DNA of 62,588 nt from Octopus bimaculoides (taxonomy: Eukaryota), in assembly GCF_001194135.2 (NCBI RefSeq), contig NC_068996.1:49725952-49788539 (forward strand), written 5' to 3'. Below are positions 24,976-37,249 of this stretch, piece after piece; positions within the stretch are counted from its first letter, which is position 1, and the number at the start of each line of letters is the position of its first letter. The notes under the pieces were generated by a model that searched no databases, was not told where the DNA came from, and saw nothing but the letters and a program-made list of their open reading frames with translations. A program made the position numbers and the translations under genes.

Positions 24976-25636
24976 CCGTTATCTTTTACTTGTTTCACTC
25001 ATTGGACTGTGGCCATGCTGGGGCACCACCTTGAAGGGTTTTAGTTGAACAAATCAATCCCAGTATATCTTTTATCTTTTACTTGTTTCAGTCATTGCAC
25101 TGTGGCCATGCTGGGGCACGACCTTGAAGGGTTTTAGTTGAACAAATCAATCCCAGTATATCTTTTATCTATTACTTGTTTCAGTCATTGAACTGTGGCC
25201 ATGCTGGGGCACCACCTTGAAGGCTTTTAGTTGAACAAATCAATCCCAGTATATCTTTTATCTTTTATTTGTTTCACTCATTGGACTATGGCCATGCTGG
25301 GGTACCACCTTGAAGGGGTTTTAGTTGAGTGAATTGATCCCAGGAATTTTCTTTTAAGCCTGGCACTTATTCTATCAGCTTCTTTTGCCAAACCACTAAA
25401 TTATGGGGACATAAACATACCAACACTGACTGCCAAGCAGTGGTGGAGAACATACAGACACACACACACACAAGTATACAACAGGCTTCTTTCAGTTTCT
25501 GTCTACCAAACCCACTCACAAGGCTTTGGTCAACCCAAGGCTATAGTAGAAGACACTTACCCAAGGTGCCACACAGTAGGACTGAACCCAGAACCATGTG
25601 ATTGAGAAGCAAGCTTCTTAACACACAGTCACACAT
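24976..25636 (-). mobile_element. SINE family A with its 93-bp 3' tail amplified about 4 times
   Basis: Units start near 24976, 25068, 25161, 25254; body and head follow. Confidence 0.9.
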
Positions 25637-25829
25637 TCATAATTTTCAACCCCTCTAACAATTGCAAGGCAATGTTTTAACAACTTCCCTCTTAGTTGCA
25701 CTCTCAGACTTTCGGTTGAATTCCAGATCTCTTCTTCGCTCAGCAATGGTCTTCTTCAGATTACATCTTGATTATGATAATTATTACCAGTGGACATATA
25801 TTCATCAATATCTATTTTTTTTACTTCTC

Positions 25830-27066
25830 ATCAGCTGTGTGGTAGAAAATTTGCTTTTCAACCAAATGCTTCCAGGTTCAGTGTGGTTGCTTGGGCAAAT
25901 GTCTTCTATTATAACCCTGAGCCAACCAAAGCCTTGTATGTGGACTTGGTGAATGAAAACTGAAAGAAACCCATTGTGTCTATATATATATAGGTATGTA
26001 TGTATGTGTGTGCATATGTATGTATGTATATATATATATATATATATATATNNNNNNNNNNNNNNNNNNNNNNNNNNNNNNNNNNNNNNNNNNNNNNNNN
26101 NNNNNNNNNNNNNNNNNNNNNNNNNNNNNNNNNNNNNNNNNNNNNNNNNNNNNNNNNNNNNNNNNNNNNNNNNNNNNNNNNNNNNNNNNNNNNNNNNNNN
26201 NNNNNNNNNNNNNNNNNNNNNNNNNNNNNNNNNNNNNNNNNNNNNNNNNNNNNNNNNNNNNNNNNNNNNNNNNNNNNNNNNNNNNNNNNNNNNNNNNNNN
26301 NNNNNNNNNNNNNNNNNNNNNNNNNNNNNNNNNNNNNNNNNNNNNNNNNNNNNNNNNNNNNNNNNNNNNNNNNNNNNNNNNNNNNNNNNNNNNNNNNNNN
26401 NNNNNNNNNNNNNNNNNNNNNNNNNNNNNNNNNNNNNNNNNNNNNNNNNNNNNNNNNNNNNNNNNNNNNNNNNNNNNNNNNNNNNNNNNNNNNNNNNNNN
26501 NNNNNNNNNNNNNNNNNNNNNNNNNNNNNNNNNNNNNNNNNNNNNNNNNNNNNNNNNNNNNNNNNNNNNNNNNNNNNNNNNNNNNNNNNNNNNNNNNNNN
26601 NNNNNNNNNNNNNNNNNNNNNNNNNNNNNNNNNNNNNNNNNNNNNNNNNNNNNNNNNNNNNNNNNNNNNNNNNNNNNNNNNNNNNNNNNNNNNNNNNNNN
26701 NNNNNNNNNNNNNNNNNNNNNNNNNNNNNNNNNNNNNNNNNNNNNNNNNNNNNNNNNNNNNNNNNNNNNNNNNNNNNNNNNNNNNNNNNNNNNNNNNNNN
26801 NNNNNNNNNNNNNNNNNNNNNNNNNNNNNNNNNNNNNNNNNNNNNNNNNNNNNNNNNNNNTATATATATCATCATCATCTATATATATATATATATATAA
26901 ATAGACAGACAGAGAGACAGATATGTATGTATGAACTTTCCTCTGTCTCCTGTTTCTGAAGAAGAGCTTTGCTCGAAACATAAAACTACCTTTCTTTCCT
27001 TCCCTGAGTGTCTGCTAATACTTTACATGTTTTTTGTGTTTGTTGTTCCTTTTTTGGGGCTTTACT

Positions 27067-27101
<35 letters not shown>

Positions 27102-27330
27102 AAGAGAGAGAGGGAGAGAGAGATCTGTGTGTATTTGTCCCCACCACACACACCATTTCACATCTGGTATTGGTTTGTTTACATCCCCATAACTTAGTGG
27201 TTCAACAAGAGAGACCAGTTGAATAAGCTCCAGGCTTAAAAAAGAAATAATTTTAAAAAATAAGTACTGGAATTAATTGTTTGACTAAAATCTTCAAGGC
27301 AATGCCATCGCATGACCACAGTCCAATGAC
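25830..27330 (+). mobile_element. SINE family A spanning a gap, with a Penelope-like tail nested in its microsatellite
   Basis: Left half 25830-25990, right half 27120-27330. Confidence 0.7.
26952..26986 (+). ncRNA. Minimal hammerhead-like motif, no stem III loop (dimer-type)
   Basis: GTTT-CTGAAGA-A-GAGC ttt GCTC-GAAAC-ATA-AAAC; ATA is probably CpG-decayed GTA. Confidence 0.55.
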
Positions 27331-27529
27331 TGATACAAAAAAAATATATACCTGTAAAGAAGGAAGAACATTTAATTAGAAATCTTCTTTACCATCTTCT
27401 CTTTCTTCTTTTCTTTACCAACTGGGGTGGCTAAGTATCTCCTCTACTGAAAGACACCTGTCCTGCTTCTGCCCCTCTGTCATACTTTAATCTCTCATAA
27501 CCTGGCACAAAACTACTCCCCCAAACCAA

Positions 27530-27775
27530 CTCAGTTGAAGGGTCCTGTCTTGCAAGTTACCTGGTGACCTCACTGATGCTGGTGCCATGTAAAAAATCAC
27601 CCAGTACACCCAGTAAAGTGGTAGGCATTAGAAAGTGCATCCAATTGTAGAAATCATGCCAAACTAGAAAGAAGAGCTTGGCGCTCTCTTTCGGCTAGCT
27701 AGTTCCTGTTAAACCATCCAACCCCATGCCAGCAGGGAAAATGGATAAAAAGATGTTAAACGATGATGATAATAA
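27530..27775 (+). mobile_element. RTE tail fragment
   Basis: GTAGAAATCATGCCAAA...AAACCATCCAACCCCATGCCAGCA...GTTAAACGATGATGAT. Confidence 0.75.
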
Positions 27776-28063
27776 TGTTAGAAAAAGCAAAATGAGAGAA
27801 AAGGAAAGAAGCAAAAAAAGACAATAGAGGGCTGAAAACTTTATGTGCCACCCGCACAAGAGCCAGTCCAGGGGCACTGGCAACGATCTCACTCGAAAGT
27901 CCTTACACATGCCGCAGGTATATATATATATATATATATATNNNNNNNNNNNNNNNNNNNNNNNNNNNNNNNNNNNNNNNNNNNNNNNNNNNNNNNNNNN
28001 NNNNNNNNNNNNNNNNNNNNNNNNNNNNNNNNNNNNNNNNNNNNNNNNNNNNNNNNNNNNNNN

Positions 28064-28100
<37 letters not shown>

Positions 28101-28684
28101 TATATATACTAAGAAAACAATTGAAGCTTTCTGTCCAGCTTTTGTATAAGTATTGTAAGTGAGGAAATATAGAAGTAAGGTGTGGACAAATGTCTCATTA
28201 ATGCAGCTGACTTTGTGTGTGAAAATAGAAATAAATTATTGACAGAATAAGGAAATTACTGTTCAGGTGGGTCGTTAACCAATGTATTTCCTTTGTTAAA
28301 ATTCATTATCTAGGATTTCTTCTTTTCCTTTAACACTAGTTAACACTCTTGGATTATTGAACTGCCTCTGTTTTTGTTATTTAATACCTGAATTTTGTTT
28401 GCACTGTTGTGGACTTTATGTATGATATGAATGTTATCACATTCTAAGTAGAATAGATGAAACAAGATTTCAAAATTTTGGACCTTGCTTCAAGACCTCA
28501 ACTCTTAGATCCATAAATCAGAGTTATGACATGCATACAGTATGTCTCAGGCACCTCTAAGACTTGGGGAAGCCCATCCTTGTCCAAGTCGTACTTCTGG
28601 AGAGTACCCAAGGTCCAACCACTCTTTTGTTCCAGAAAACGAGACACTGACAAAGAAAGAATGAGAATAACAGAAAAATGTATA

Positions 28685-28910
28685 TCATCATCATCATCAT
28701 CATTTAATGTCTGCCTTCCATGCTAGCATGGGTGTGATGGTACCAGGCAGGATTTTTACAACTGGATTCCTTTCTTAACACCAACCACTCAGCAGTGTGG
28801 ACTTAGTGCTTTTTATGTTGCACAGGCGAGGTCAGTTTTGGCAAGGTTTTTACAGCTGGATGCCCTTCCGAACACCAACCACTTTACAGTGTAGACAGGA
28901 TGCTTTTTAA
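28685..28910 (-). mobile_element. RTE tail fragment with internal dimer
   Basis: Same layout as 7590-7880. Confidence 0.75.
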
Positions 28911-29189
28911 TTATAAATGCAAGACAAAAACTTTTAAGAGGGGAGGAAGCATTGGAGAAGGTAATGATGAAAAGGTTATAGTGAGGCAGATATAGGTGTC
29001 TTGCTGTAGAGGAAGTACAAAGATCAGGAATAAAGGCAGAAACCACAAAGAAAATACTCGGTTGCCCAATCTAAGGGAAGTACAGAAGTTCTATATGACA
29101 GCTATAAGTTGAAGCGAACTCAAGTTTGCTTCCCAACCACATGGTTCAGGGTTAGCTATTTTGAGTAGGATTATAACTTATTGTGTTTT

Positions 29190-29920
29190 GTTTTGTCTTT
29201 TACTTTTCCTGGTTTTAGTGATTAAACTGTGGTCATGCTGGGGCATCACCTTGAAGAATTTTTGATGAAATGAATCAACCCCTGTACTTACTTTTGTTTT
29301 AAGCCTGATACCTATTCTGTCAGTTTCTTATTTCTTTACTGCCCACAAGGGGCTAAACATAGAGGGGACAAACAAGACAGACAAAGGGATTAAGTCGATT
29401 ACATTGACCCCAGTGCATAACTGGTACTTAATTTATCGATCTCGAAAGGATGAAAGGCAAAGTTAACCTTGACGGAATTTGAACTCAGAACGTAGCGGCA
29501 GATGAAATGCCGTTAAGCATTTTGCTCGGCGCGCTAACATTTCTGCCAGCTCGCCGCCTTCTATCAGTTTCTTTTGCTAAATTACTAGGTTACAGGGACA
29601 TAAACACACCAACACCAGCTGACAAGTGGTGGGGGACAAACACACACAAGCACACACACACACACACAACAAGCTTCTTTCAGTTTTTGTCAACCAAATT
29701 CACTTACAAGGCTTTAGTTTGCCTGATGCTCTAGTGGCAGACACTTGCCCAAGGGGCGATATTGTGGGAATGAATCCTGAACCATGTGGTTGGGAAGCTT
29801 CTTTCAGTTTCTGTCTACCAAATCCACTCACAAGGCTTTGGTCGGTCTGGGGCTATATTAGAAGACACTTGCCAAGGTACCATGCTGTGGGACTGAACCC
29901 GGAAACATATAGTTGGAAAT
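29190..29920 (-). mobile_element. SINE family A with nested family B SINE and a duplicated left half
   Basis: Tail 29190-29329, resumes at 29574; second left half 29795-29920. Confidence 0.75.
29330..29558 (-). mobile_element. SINE family B nested in family A
   Basis: TSD TTCTGTCAGTTTCTT(29315-29329)/TTCTATCAGTTTCTT(29559-29573). Confidence 0.85.
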
Positions 29921-29967
29921 AAGTTTGCTTCCACCTATAGTTGTCATAATAGTACTTATAGACATTG

Positions 29968-29998
<31 letters not shown>

Positions 29999-30419
29999 AC
30001 AAAGGACTAGAACATCTTGTGTCATTTACTCACTTTACGCCATTAATATTATTTTACATTTACATGTTAAAATGATGTTAAAAGAGTAATGATATTGTAA
30101 ACTAAAATGCCTTCATCACTTCCTTTGTAGCACAAGCATGTTCTTGGGTGGCTTATAACATAACTCTATCCAGTTTTATTGTAGTGAGAAAAGACAATAT
30201 TGTCTTTAAAAATTGGAAGCTATAGCATCGTTCAGCATGCTGGTGACATTTCGTTTTACAAAACTATACTTTGTTGCAATCTCATTGTCTGAAAATATTT
30301 TTGTCAGCAATTTTCATAGAAATGTTAAGCTGAGCCGTAAACATTGCATATTTGACCTCCATGTGTACAATCTGAAAGAATCATTATAATCAGAACACTA
30401 ATGTCAATTGAAGATTCCT

Positions 30420-30645
30420 TTAATACTTCAACATTCTGATTATTCTGTCACATTGTTTTATTCACATTGTTTTACATTAATCATACATTTATTTTGTAGC
30501 TTTCTGATTTCAGTGATGTGATTGTTTTATTTTTAGAATGACATTGTAAGGTAGATATGAGAAGCTGGATCTGACTTGTTTAAACATAAAACAGGTAGAA
30601 TATTTAGGCTGGATTGGAACAATTCAAATGCTAAAGGATTAAATG
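30420..30645 (-). mobile_element. piggyBac-type MITE P1
   Basis: TTTTAGAATGACATTGTAAGGTAG...AAATGCTAAAGGATTAA. Confidence 0.65.
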
Positions 30646-32543
30646 TTTCATACTCACAAACAGTGACATTTATTGTGTTATACCTAAGCCAAGTTATTAT
30701 TGTATCTAAAAGCAGACATAATCCTCCTCTATGTTGCAGTATTTCTTTCGGTGCAACTTTGTGACATTATAGCAAAAGATATCATTCTGCTTTCATGCAA
30801 GAATATGAATGAAATTCTATTCTACTGTCCGCTCTGAATTGAATTTCATACCTGCTTTTCTTGATGCAAGATTTGTGAAAGCCAACTTCTGTTTCTTGGC
30901 TGCTAGGGATTTATTCATTGTTTGGTCACATATCACACGACCACAAATATAATGTGATTAGCTTTATATTAAAAACAGACCTTGTTTAAAATTGCTAACA
31001 GCAAAACCTTTTTCTTATAAACTTTTGAATGAGCCTGAATTGATAGTCTGAATCAAAAATGGTGGCATGAAATTCTGCTTGTGATACTTTACAAAGAGAA
31101 CTGTGATAAAATATTGTAAATTCTAAAATGTGGGTATTTTTAATGAAATGTGTGAATAGAGAATGCTGTAAATTTCCACATTGTGAGGGAAGGTGGACAA
31201 GTCTGCCTTTGGGTTCCTGAACACCTAAGCATTTGAATGAGGTGAAATTAATACTGAAACAGCATTTGAGTTCAGGTCTGTCAACACAATGCAAAACGGC
31301 TTCAAAAGAGAAAAGACTTTCTCTATGGTTATTTTTTTGGTTATTCATGTGTGTATGTGTGTTTCTGTATGTCTTTCAACATGGAGACTACACAACACAG
31401 ACTTCACTATAATGACTGGTTGTTGTTGTTGTTGTTGTTTTCGTTGAGAGAGAAATCCAGTGAGAGTATATGTGTGAAAGATAGAATTAAAATTTGTTTC
31501 AAGAGAAAAACAGGTTGATGTTGACAGAGAGAGAGATTGTGTGTGTGTGTGTTTGTGAAGGATAAATAGGTGTATAACAGTTTACTTTTAAAAGAAGGTA
31601 CGTGAATGATTAACAAATATTTCTATTAGCAGTGTAGCGACAGGTAAAGATCTAGTCACTATAATAATTGTCAAATCTACCTGTCTGTAACATAACTTGT
31701 GCTTTAGTTTGTAACGAGATGTGTTATAGGGTTGTTTGCCATTTGTAAGATAAAAGAAATACAGTGATCAAAGATGATGTTGACTTCAAATTTATTTATT
31801 TACTATTACTTAATATAATGCCATGCCTCGATGGGCAGGTGTGATATAATTGAAAGAGCATGTGAGGTTAAGAAAAGTTAATTTCGGCCCATATGTGAGT
31901 ATATGTTCTTATTGTAGTAGCAAACCATAGATAGTGATAGAATGTCGTAAGAGATAAGAAAGTGAGCTAGTGAAAGTTATAGAGTCAAGGGAAGTTGTGT
32001 CTCATAATTTGCTGATTGTAACCTCCTTTCTCCCTCTGGCCATTTGTCTTTAGTGGCTACCTGCTCATGGCCATGACTCTAATTGGTCTCTGATCACTAA
32101 CTGATTTTGCCTTACCAAATTCTAGTATTTATAACTATGCAAAACCAGCTAGAAGGATAGACATATTGGTGAGAACAAAAGATTTTGTTGGGGGTCTGTT
32201 ATCTCTATTCTAGCTTTTGGTGAAATAGAAGAGATTAGAAGGGTCAACTGGCAAAGATATTATTCTGCATCTGGTAAATGTAACTGCTGTCACTCACAGG
32301 AAAACTATTGTTTTATTGTGAGAAATGTGCTGTTGGACTGTTAAGTGAAATTTGGCAATCAAGGATTGAAACCACACCATGCCTGTATGAAGCCACTACA
32401 GGTTCATAATTTCCTCCACTTTCTCTTGTGCTCTCCTGTATATAAATATGTATGTATGTATGTATGATTTTATATCCTCTCCGTACTGGAATGCTTACCA
32501 GCTGATGTCTGTCAATTTTATATCCTCTCCGTTTTCTTATTTG

Positions 32544-32592
<49 letters not shown>

Positions 32593-32696
32593 TATAGTAA
32601 ATATAAAAAAAACAAAGAACAAACACAAGAAAAAATAATGTAAGAATGTGGTACATGCAAAGTATTAGCAGACGCTCAATGAAGGAAAAAAAAGTA

Positions 32697-32731
32697 GCTT
32701 TATGTTTCGAGCAAAACTCTTCATCAGAAAC
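32697..32731 (-). ncRNA. Minimal hammerhead-like motif in a Penelope-like tail (about 32600-32760)
   Basis: Minus strand GTTT-CTGATGA-A-GAGT ttt GCTC-GAAAC-ATA-AAGC; same family as 26952-26986. Confidence 0.55.
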
Positions 32732-32769
32732 AGGAGACGGAGGAAAGTCCAAAAAAAAAGGAAGATGGA

Positions 32770-32925
32770 GGGAAAAAATCACGACTGGCTTCTTTCGGTT
32801 TCTGTCTACCAAATCCACTCACAAGGCTTAAGTTGGCCTGAAGACATTTGCCCAAGGTGCCATGCAATAGGACTGAACCAGGAATCATGTAACTGGGAAA
32901 CAAACTTCTTACTACACAGCCAGCC
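32770..32925 (-). mobile_element. SINE family A left half
   Basis: GGCTTCTTTCGGTTTCTGTCTACCAAATCCACTCACAAGGC. Confidence 0.75.
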
Positions 32926-32929
32926 TATG

Positions 32930-34750
32930 TATTGTGAAGAAATTGTTTTATTCAATAACTTAAAACAATGGAACAAAAAACATTAAGTTCTTTATTATTG
33001 TGACTTTTTTAACTTGAACAAAATTTCTTCATAGTTTGTTCTTGTCTCTTTTAGAACTTGAATCTTTCTTTCAGATTTACATCCCAAATTAGATCATACA
33101 TCTAGGTAGTCCTCACCATTAGCAGTATATTCATTTATGTAGCTGAAGACATCAGTTTTATTTTTGATTTTGTAAGAAGGGCCAAATCACCTAAACGTTT
33201 TTTATTTTGTCAAAAATCTTATACATCATCATCATTGTCGTTTAACATCCGCTTTCCATGCTGGCATGAATTGGATGGTTTGACTGAGGACTGGCGAGCC
33301 AGAAGGCTGCACCAGGCTCCAGTCTGATCTGGCAAAGTTTCTACAGTTGGATGCTCTTCCTAACGCCAACCACTCCGAGAGTGTAGTGGATGCTTTTACA
33401 TGCCACAGGCACGGGAGCCAGTCAGGCAGTACTGGCAACGACAACATTCAAATGGTGTTTTTTACGTGCCACCTGCAGAGGAGCCAGTCTGGCGGCACTG
33501 ACAACGACCACACTCAAATGTTGTTTTTCACGTGCCACCAGCACAGGTGCCAGTAAGGCAACAATCATGCTCAAATGGTGCTTTTTATGTGCCACCAGCA
33601 TGAGAGCCAGTCAGCGGCCCTGGAAACGATCATACTCAGATGGTGCTTTTAACGTTCCACTGGCACAGGTGCCAATCCTCTACAATTTCAGTAAGAAAAG
33701 AAATAAATTTTCTTTCCATCTTTATAGTCAACTAATATTTCTGAAATATAACATTTTTCACTTAATGTTATGTCAGTGAGTTCTAAGCTTAATCCAGTGT
33801 GATATGATATGTCCAGATAACAAGCAGCTCAGTAGAACACCATACTTTCAGTGGAAAGCCATCTTGTTTGACTGTCTGATGGAATTTTCTGTGATTTTCT
33901 TTCATCTAGAGCTTCATCTAAGATTTTTATGCTTGCATGTTTCAGAGATAAGGAATTCCAGATTTCTTGGTGGGGAAAAATAAATAGAATCTTCTGGTGC
34001 ATTTGAAACCGCTTATTATGATAAGTGATGGATTCTCTTTCTTGAATTTCTGATAAAAACCATTATTTTATGCAAGCCATCATACTTGTGCTATCAGCGC
34101 CAACAGCCACAAGCTTAATAACATGGGTTTTTTAAAATTCATTCTTTAACGCTTCAATAATATCACTCGCATTACATACATACAAGCTCTACAATATTAA
34201 CATAAGTTGAAACTATTTTTTCCCTAATTATGATTGAAATAAATTACCAGCAAATATCAAGTATTTTATATATGGAGATGTCATTTGACTTGTCTAAAAG
34301 CAGGCGGTATTTATTATTACATATATCTATGAAATCATTTTCAAAATGAGGGATCAACTAAATATTTTTACTTGTAGGACTACATTGTCCATTTTGAAAT
34401 AGTTTTACTATCGTTTGTATTCTTAAACATAACTGTTACATAGCCGTTGCTCAATACGGCAGAATAAGCTTTTAACATGATAATTTCCTCTTCAAAATAT
34501 GATAATGCAACGCATATTTGCTTAATAAACTTTATCAAGCAATAGTTGTTCCTGTAATTTTTATGTTTGTTTTTGTCAGTTTGTTATTGTGATAAATTAA
34601 ATCATTAAACTTAACATTTATCTTGCCCTTTCATGCCCAGCATTGAGAGCTTCACTGAAACCATTCTCTATTTCTTTTAACACGTCTTTAAACTCGGTTT
34701 TTGATTCATTGTCCTCTGAACTTTTGTTTATATTTCTTTACTTTCAGCAT
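32930..34750 (-). pseudogene. Decayed hAT-superfamily transposase (N-terminal BED-like finger, catalytic D motifs), interrupted by an RTE tail
   Basis: ATG at 34750, MLKVKKYKQKFR..EFKDVLKEIEN; KYRLLLDKSNDIS (~34290; DES motif); KLVAVGADST; QTRWLS (33851-33867); LSEKCY; continues as EDYLD..NLG after 33225. Confidence 0.8.
33225..33680 (-). mobile_element. RTE tail with about 5 internal ~60-bp tandem units
   Basis: Repeating TG(C/T)TTTT(T)ACGTGCCAC...CTCAAATGG. Confidence 0.85.
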
Positions 34751-35890
34751 AACGTGTTAGAAAATTTGTGAATTACACGACACAAGGCAAGGGATGTCAT
34801 GTAACGAGTTGCAGTTAAATCGTACCAAACTTGTTAACTACATGTAACGAATCTGTGACACGCTTGTAACGATGTCTGTCCTGTATTTGTGTGCGTTTAG
34901 TACAGAAAAGGAAATGATGCGTTTTGCTTTGTACCTCATTAAACTGATTCGCTTTTCGTCTCACAAATTACAATTTCGCTTTTTTACATTTCTCTTTACT
35001 TTTCTCAATCGTTTGTTGTTTTTTTACGCTTTTACTTGACGTCTTCCTACTCTAATCACAGAGACACAGTAGCTCGAACTGCTAGGAATAGTACCCAAAT
35101 ATCCCTCAACAGATAGTACAGATCTACTTTTAACACTTTTTTTTTGCAAACATTTACAAGAAAGATAAAAACAAATTATTGAAATAAATTTTAACCAATA
35201 AGAAAGCCCCAAAGTTATATATCACTGAAATAATTTTAACGGAACTTGTTCCATTATTCGATATAGGTTCTTAAAAATGGTAAGGTGAGGCCAATCGATC
35301 GGCTGTTTCTTATAACTGCACTTCTCCGAATAAAAAGTAAAGTCGCTTATCTACCTATCTACCTCTTTTTTCTTCCCTTCAAATATCTATCTAAAAGGTT
35401 GAAACAAATATATTAGTGAAAATAATTGAGATCTCGAAGCATATTTCCTTTCAGTTTCGCAAATGTCAGTTGTAATAATTCCCTGGCATAGAGCTTGGGA
35501 AACAATTGAAGGCAAAATTGCTACAACAATTTAAAGAATTGAAGAAAATAATGTTCACATAACAAGTGATCAAAAAGAGCGGAGTAGTTTGATCTAAGTT
35601 ATTTCAATTATTTCATGCTGATCTTTTTAAAGATTATTGAAAGTTACTTCAGTATTATTTTCCTTTCCATCTCTCTGTGAAATATATGTTTTCTTTAAAA
35701 AAAAAGGAGTTAGTTGACTGCATATGTATCATTTCAAGCGGAAATTTGGATGCAATGACCGACCACAAACAGGCTCTGCGCCTGTTGATTGTGGTTGACA
35801 AGTCGAACCGAAAGTGTAAAAAGCGGATCTATTTTGGTGAAAAGCGAAACTAGGCCAAAGCAAAAATATTTCTTTGAATTTTATTATATT

Positions 35891-35934
<44 letters not shown>

Positions 35935-36138
35935 CTCTCTCTCCCTCCCTCTGTTAGTGCAGAAATTCCAATGAAAGTGCTTTGGATCTAGATTAGAAAC
36001 CAGCTCTTTCTCTATTGGCAAGAAATCTTGAAATAAAACNNNNNNNNNNNNNNNNNNNNNNNNNNNNNNNNNNNNNNNNNNNNNNNNNNNNNNNNNNNNN
36101 NNNNNNNNNNNNNNNNNNNNNNNNNNNNNNNNNNNNNN

Positions 36139-36183
<45 letters not shown>

Positions 36184-36415
36184 GGCGGCGAGCTGGCAGA
36201 AACGTTAGCACGCCTGGCGAAATGCTTAGCGGTATTTTGTTTGCCGCTATGTTTTGAGTTCAAATTCCGTCGAGGTCGACTTTGCCTTTCATCCTTTCGG
36301 GGTCGATTAAATAAGTACCAGTTACGCACTGGGGTCGGTGTAATCGACTTAATCCGTTTGTCTGTCTTTGTTTGTCCCCTCTGTGTGTAGCCCCTTGTGG
36401 GTAGTAAAGAAATAA
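36184..36415 (+). mobile_element. SINE family B full length, CpG intact
   Basis: GGCGGCGAGCTGGCAGAAACGTTAG...GAGTTCAAATTCC...GCCTTTCATCCTTTCGGGGTCG...AAAGAAATAA. Confidence 0.9.
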
Positions 36416-36424
36416 CACACACAC

Positions 36425-36800
36425 ATAGGTGTGGTAAGAAGCTTGCGGTTCCAGGTTCAGTCCCACTGCGTGGCACCTTGGGCAAGTGTCTTCTACTATA
36501 GTCTTGGACTGACCAAAGCCTTGGGAGTGGATTTGGTGGCCAGAAACTGAAAGAAGCCCATCATGTGTGTGTATGTGCGTGAATGTCTGTGTTTGTCTCT
36601 CCCCCGCCTCATCACTGCTTGACAACCAGTGTTGGTGTGTTTTTGTCTCCGTAACTTGGTGGTTCGGCAAAAGAGGCTGACAGAGTAAGTACTAGGCTTA
36701 AAAAATAAGTGCTGGGGTTGATTTATTCGACTAAAACCCTTCAAGGTGGTACTCCAGTATGGCCACAGTCAACTGACTGAAACAAGTAGAAAAATAAAAG
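36425..36800 (+). mobile_element. SINE family A full copy
   Basis: Complete motif series. Confidence 0.85.
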
Positions 36801-36879
36801 AATACACACACACACACACATACATATAAACAAACAAAACTAAGATCTAAAATCTCTTAGGATATCTGCAAAATAAAGT

Positions 36880-37228
36880 TGTGTGGTAAGTAGCCTGCTT
36901 CCCAACCACATGGTTCCGGGTTCAGTCCCACTGCGTGGCATCTTGGGCAAGTGTCTTCTACTATGGCCTCAGGCTGACCAAAGCCTTTTGAGTGGATTTG
37001 GTAGATGGTGTGTGTATATGTTTGTGTGTCTGTTTGTACCACCACCATTGCTTGACAACCAATGTCGGTGTGTTTACATCCCTGTAACTTAGCAGTTCGG
37101 CAAAAGAGACCAATAGTATAAGTACTAGGCTTACAAAGAATAAGTCCTGGGGTTGATTTGTTCGGCTAAAGGTGGTGCTCCAGCATGGCCGCAGTCAAGT
37201 GACTGAAACAAATAAAAGAAAGATAAAA
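36880..37228 (+). mobile_element. SINE family A full copy
   Basis: Complete motif series. Confidence 0.85.
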
Positions 37229-37249
37229 GAAATGTCACAGAGAGAGAGA

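Noticed and set aside
28388-28443. Candidate minus-strand 56-nt exon; similar 45-nt candidate at 54844-54888 and open stretch at about 51770-51890
   Set aside because: Such candidates are expected by chance in 60 kb of AT-rich DNA and cannot be chained or assigned.
30995-31348. 117-aa minus-strand ORF, and a WVPEHL mariner-like motif on the plus strand near 31210
   Set aside because: No recognisable domain in the ORF; the motif has no supporting flanking mariner motifs or TIRs.
24976-33680. Regular 93-bp and ~60-bp arrays as CRISPR-like
   Set aside because: No unique spacers or cas genes; the units are a SINE tail and a LINE UTR sequence in a eukaryotic context.
30200-34720. Phase-compatible minus-strand gene model (pieces near 34630-34720, 33845-33966, 30852-30902 and a terminal exon near 30208-30289 with AATAAA)
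   Set aside because: The upstream pieces are contiguous hAT transposase (DES-like, GADS and TRWLS motifs) once frameshifts are allowed. The two downstream pieces alone are too short to support.
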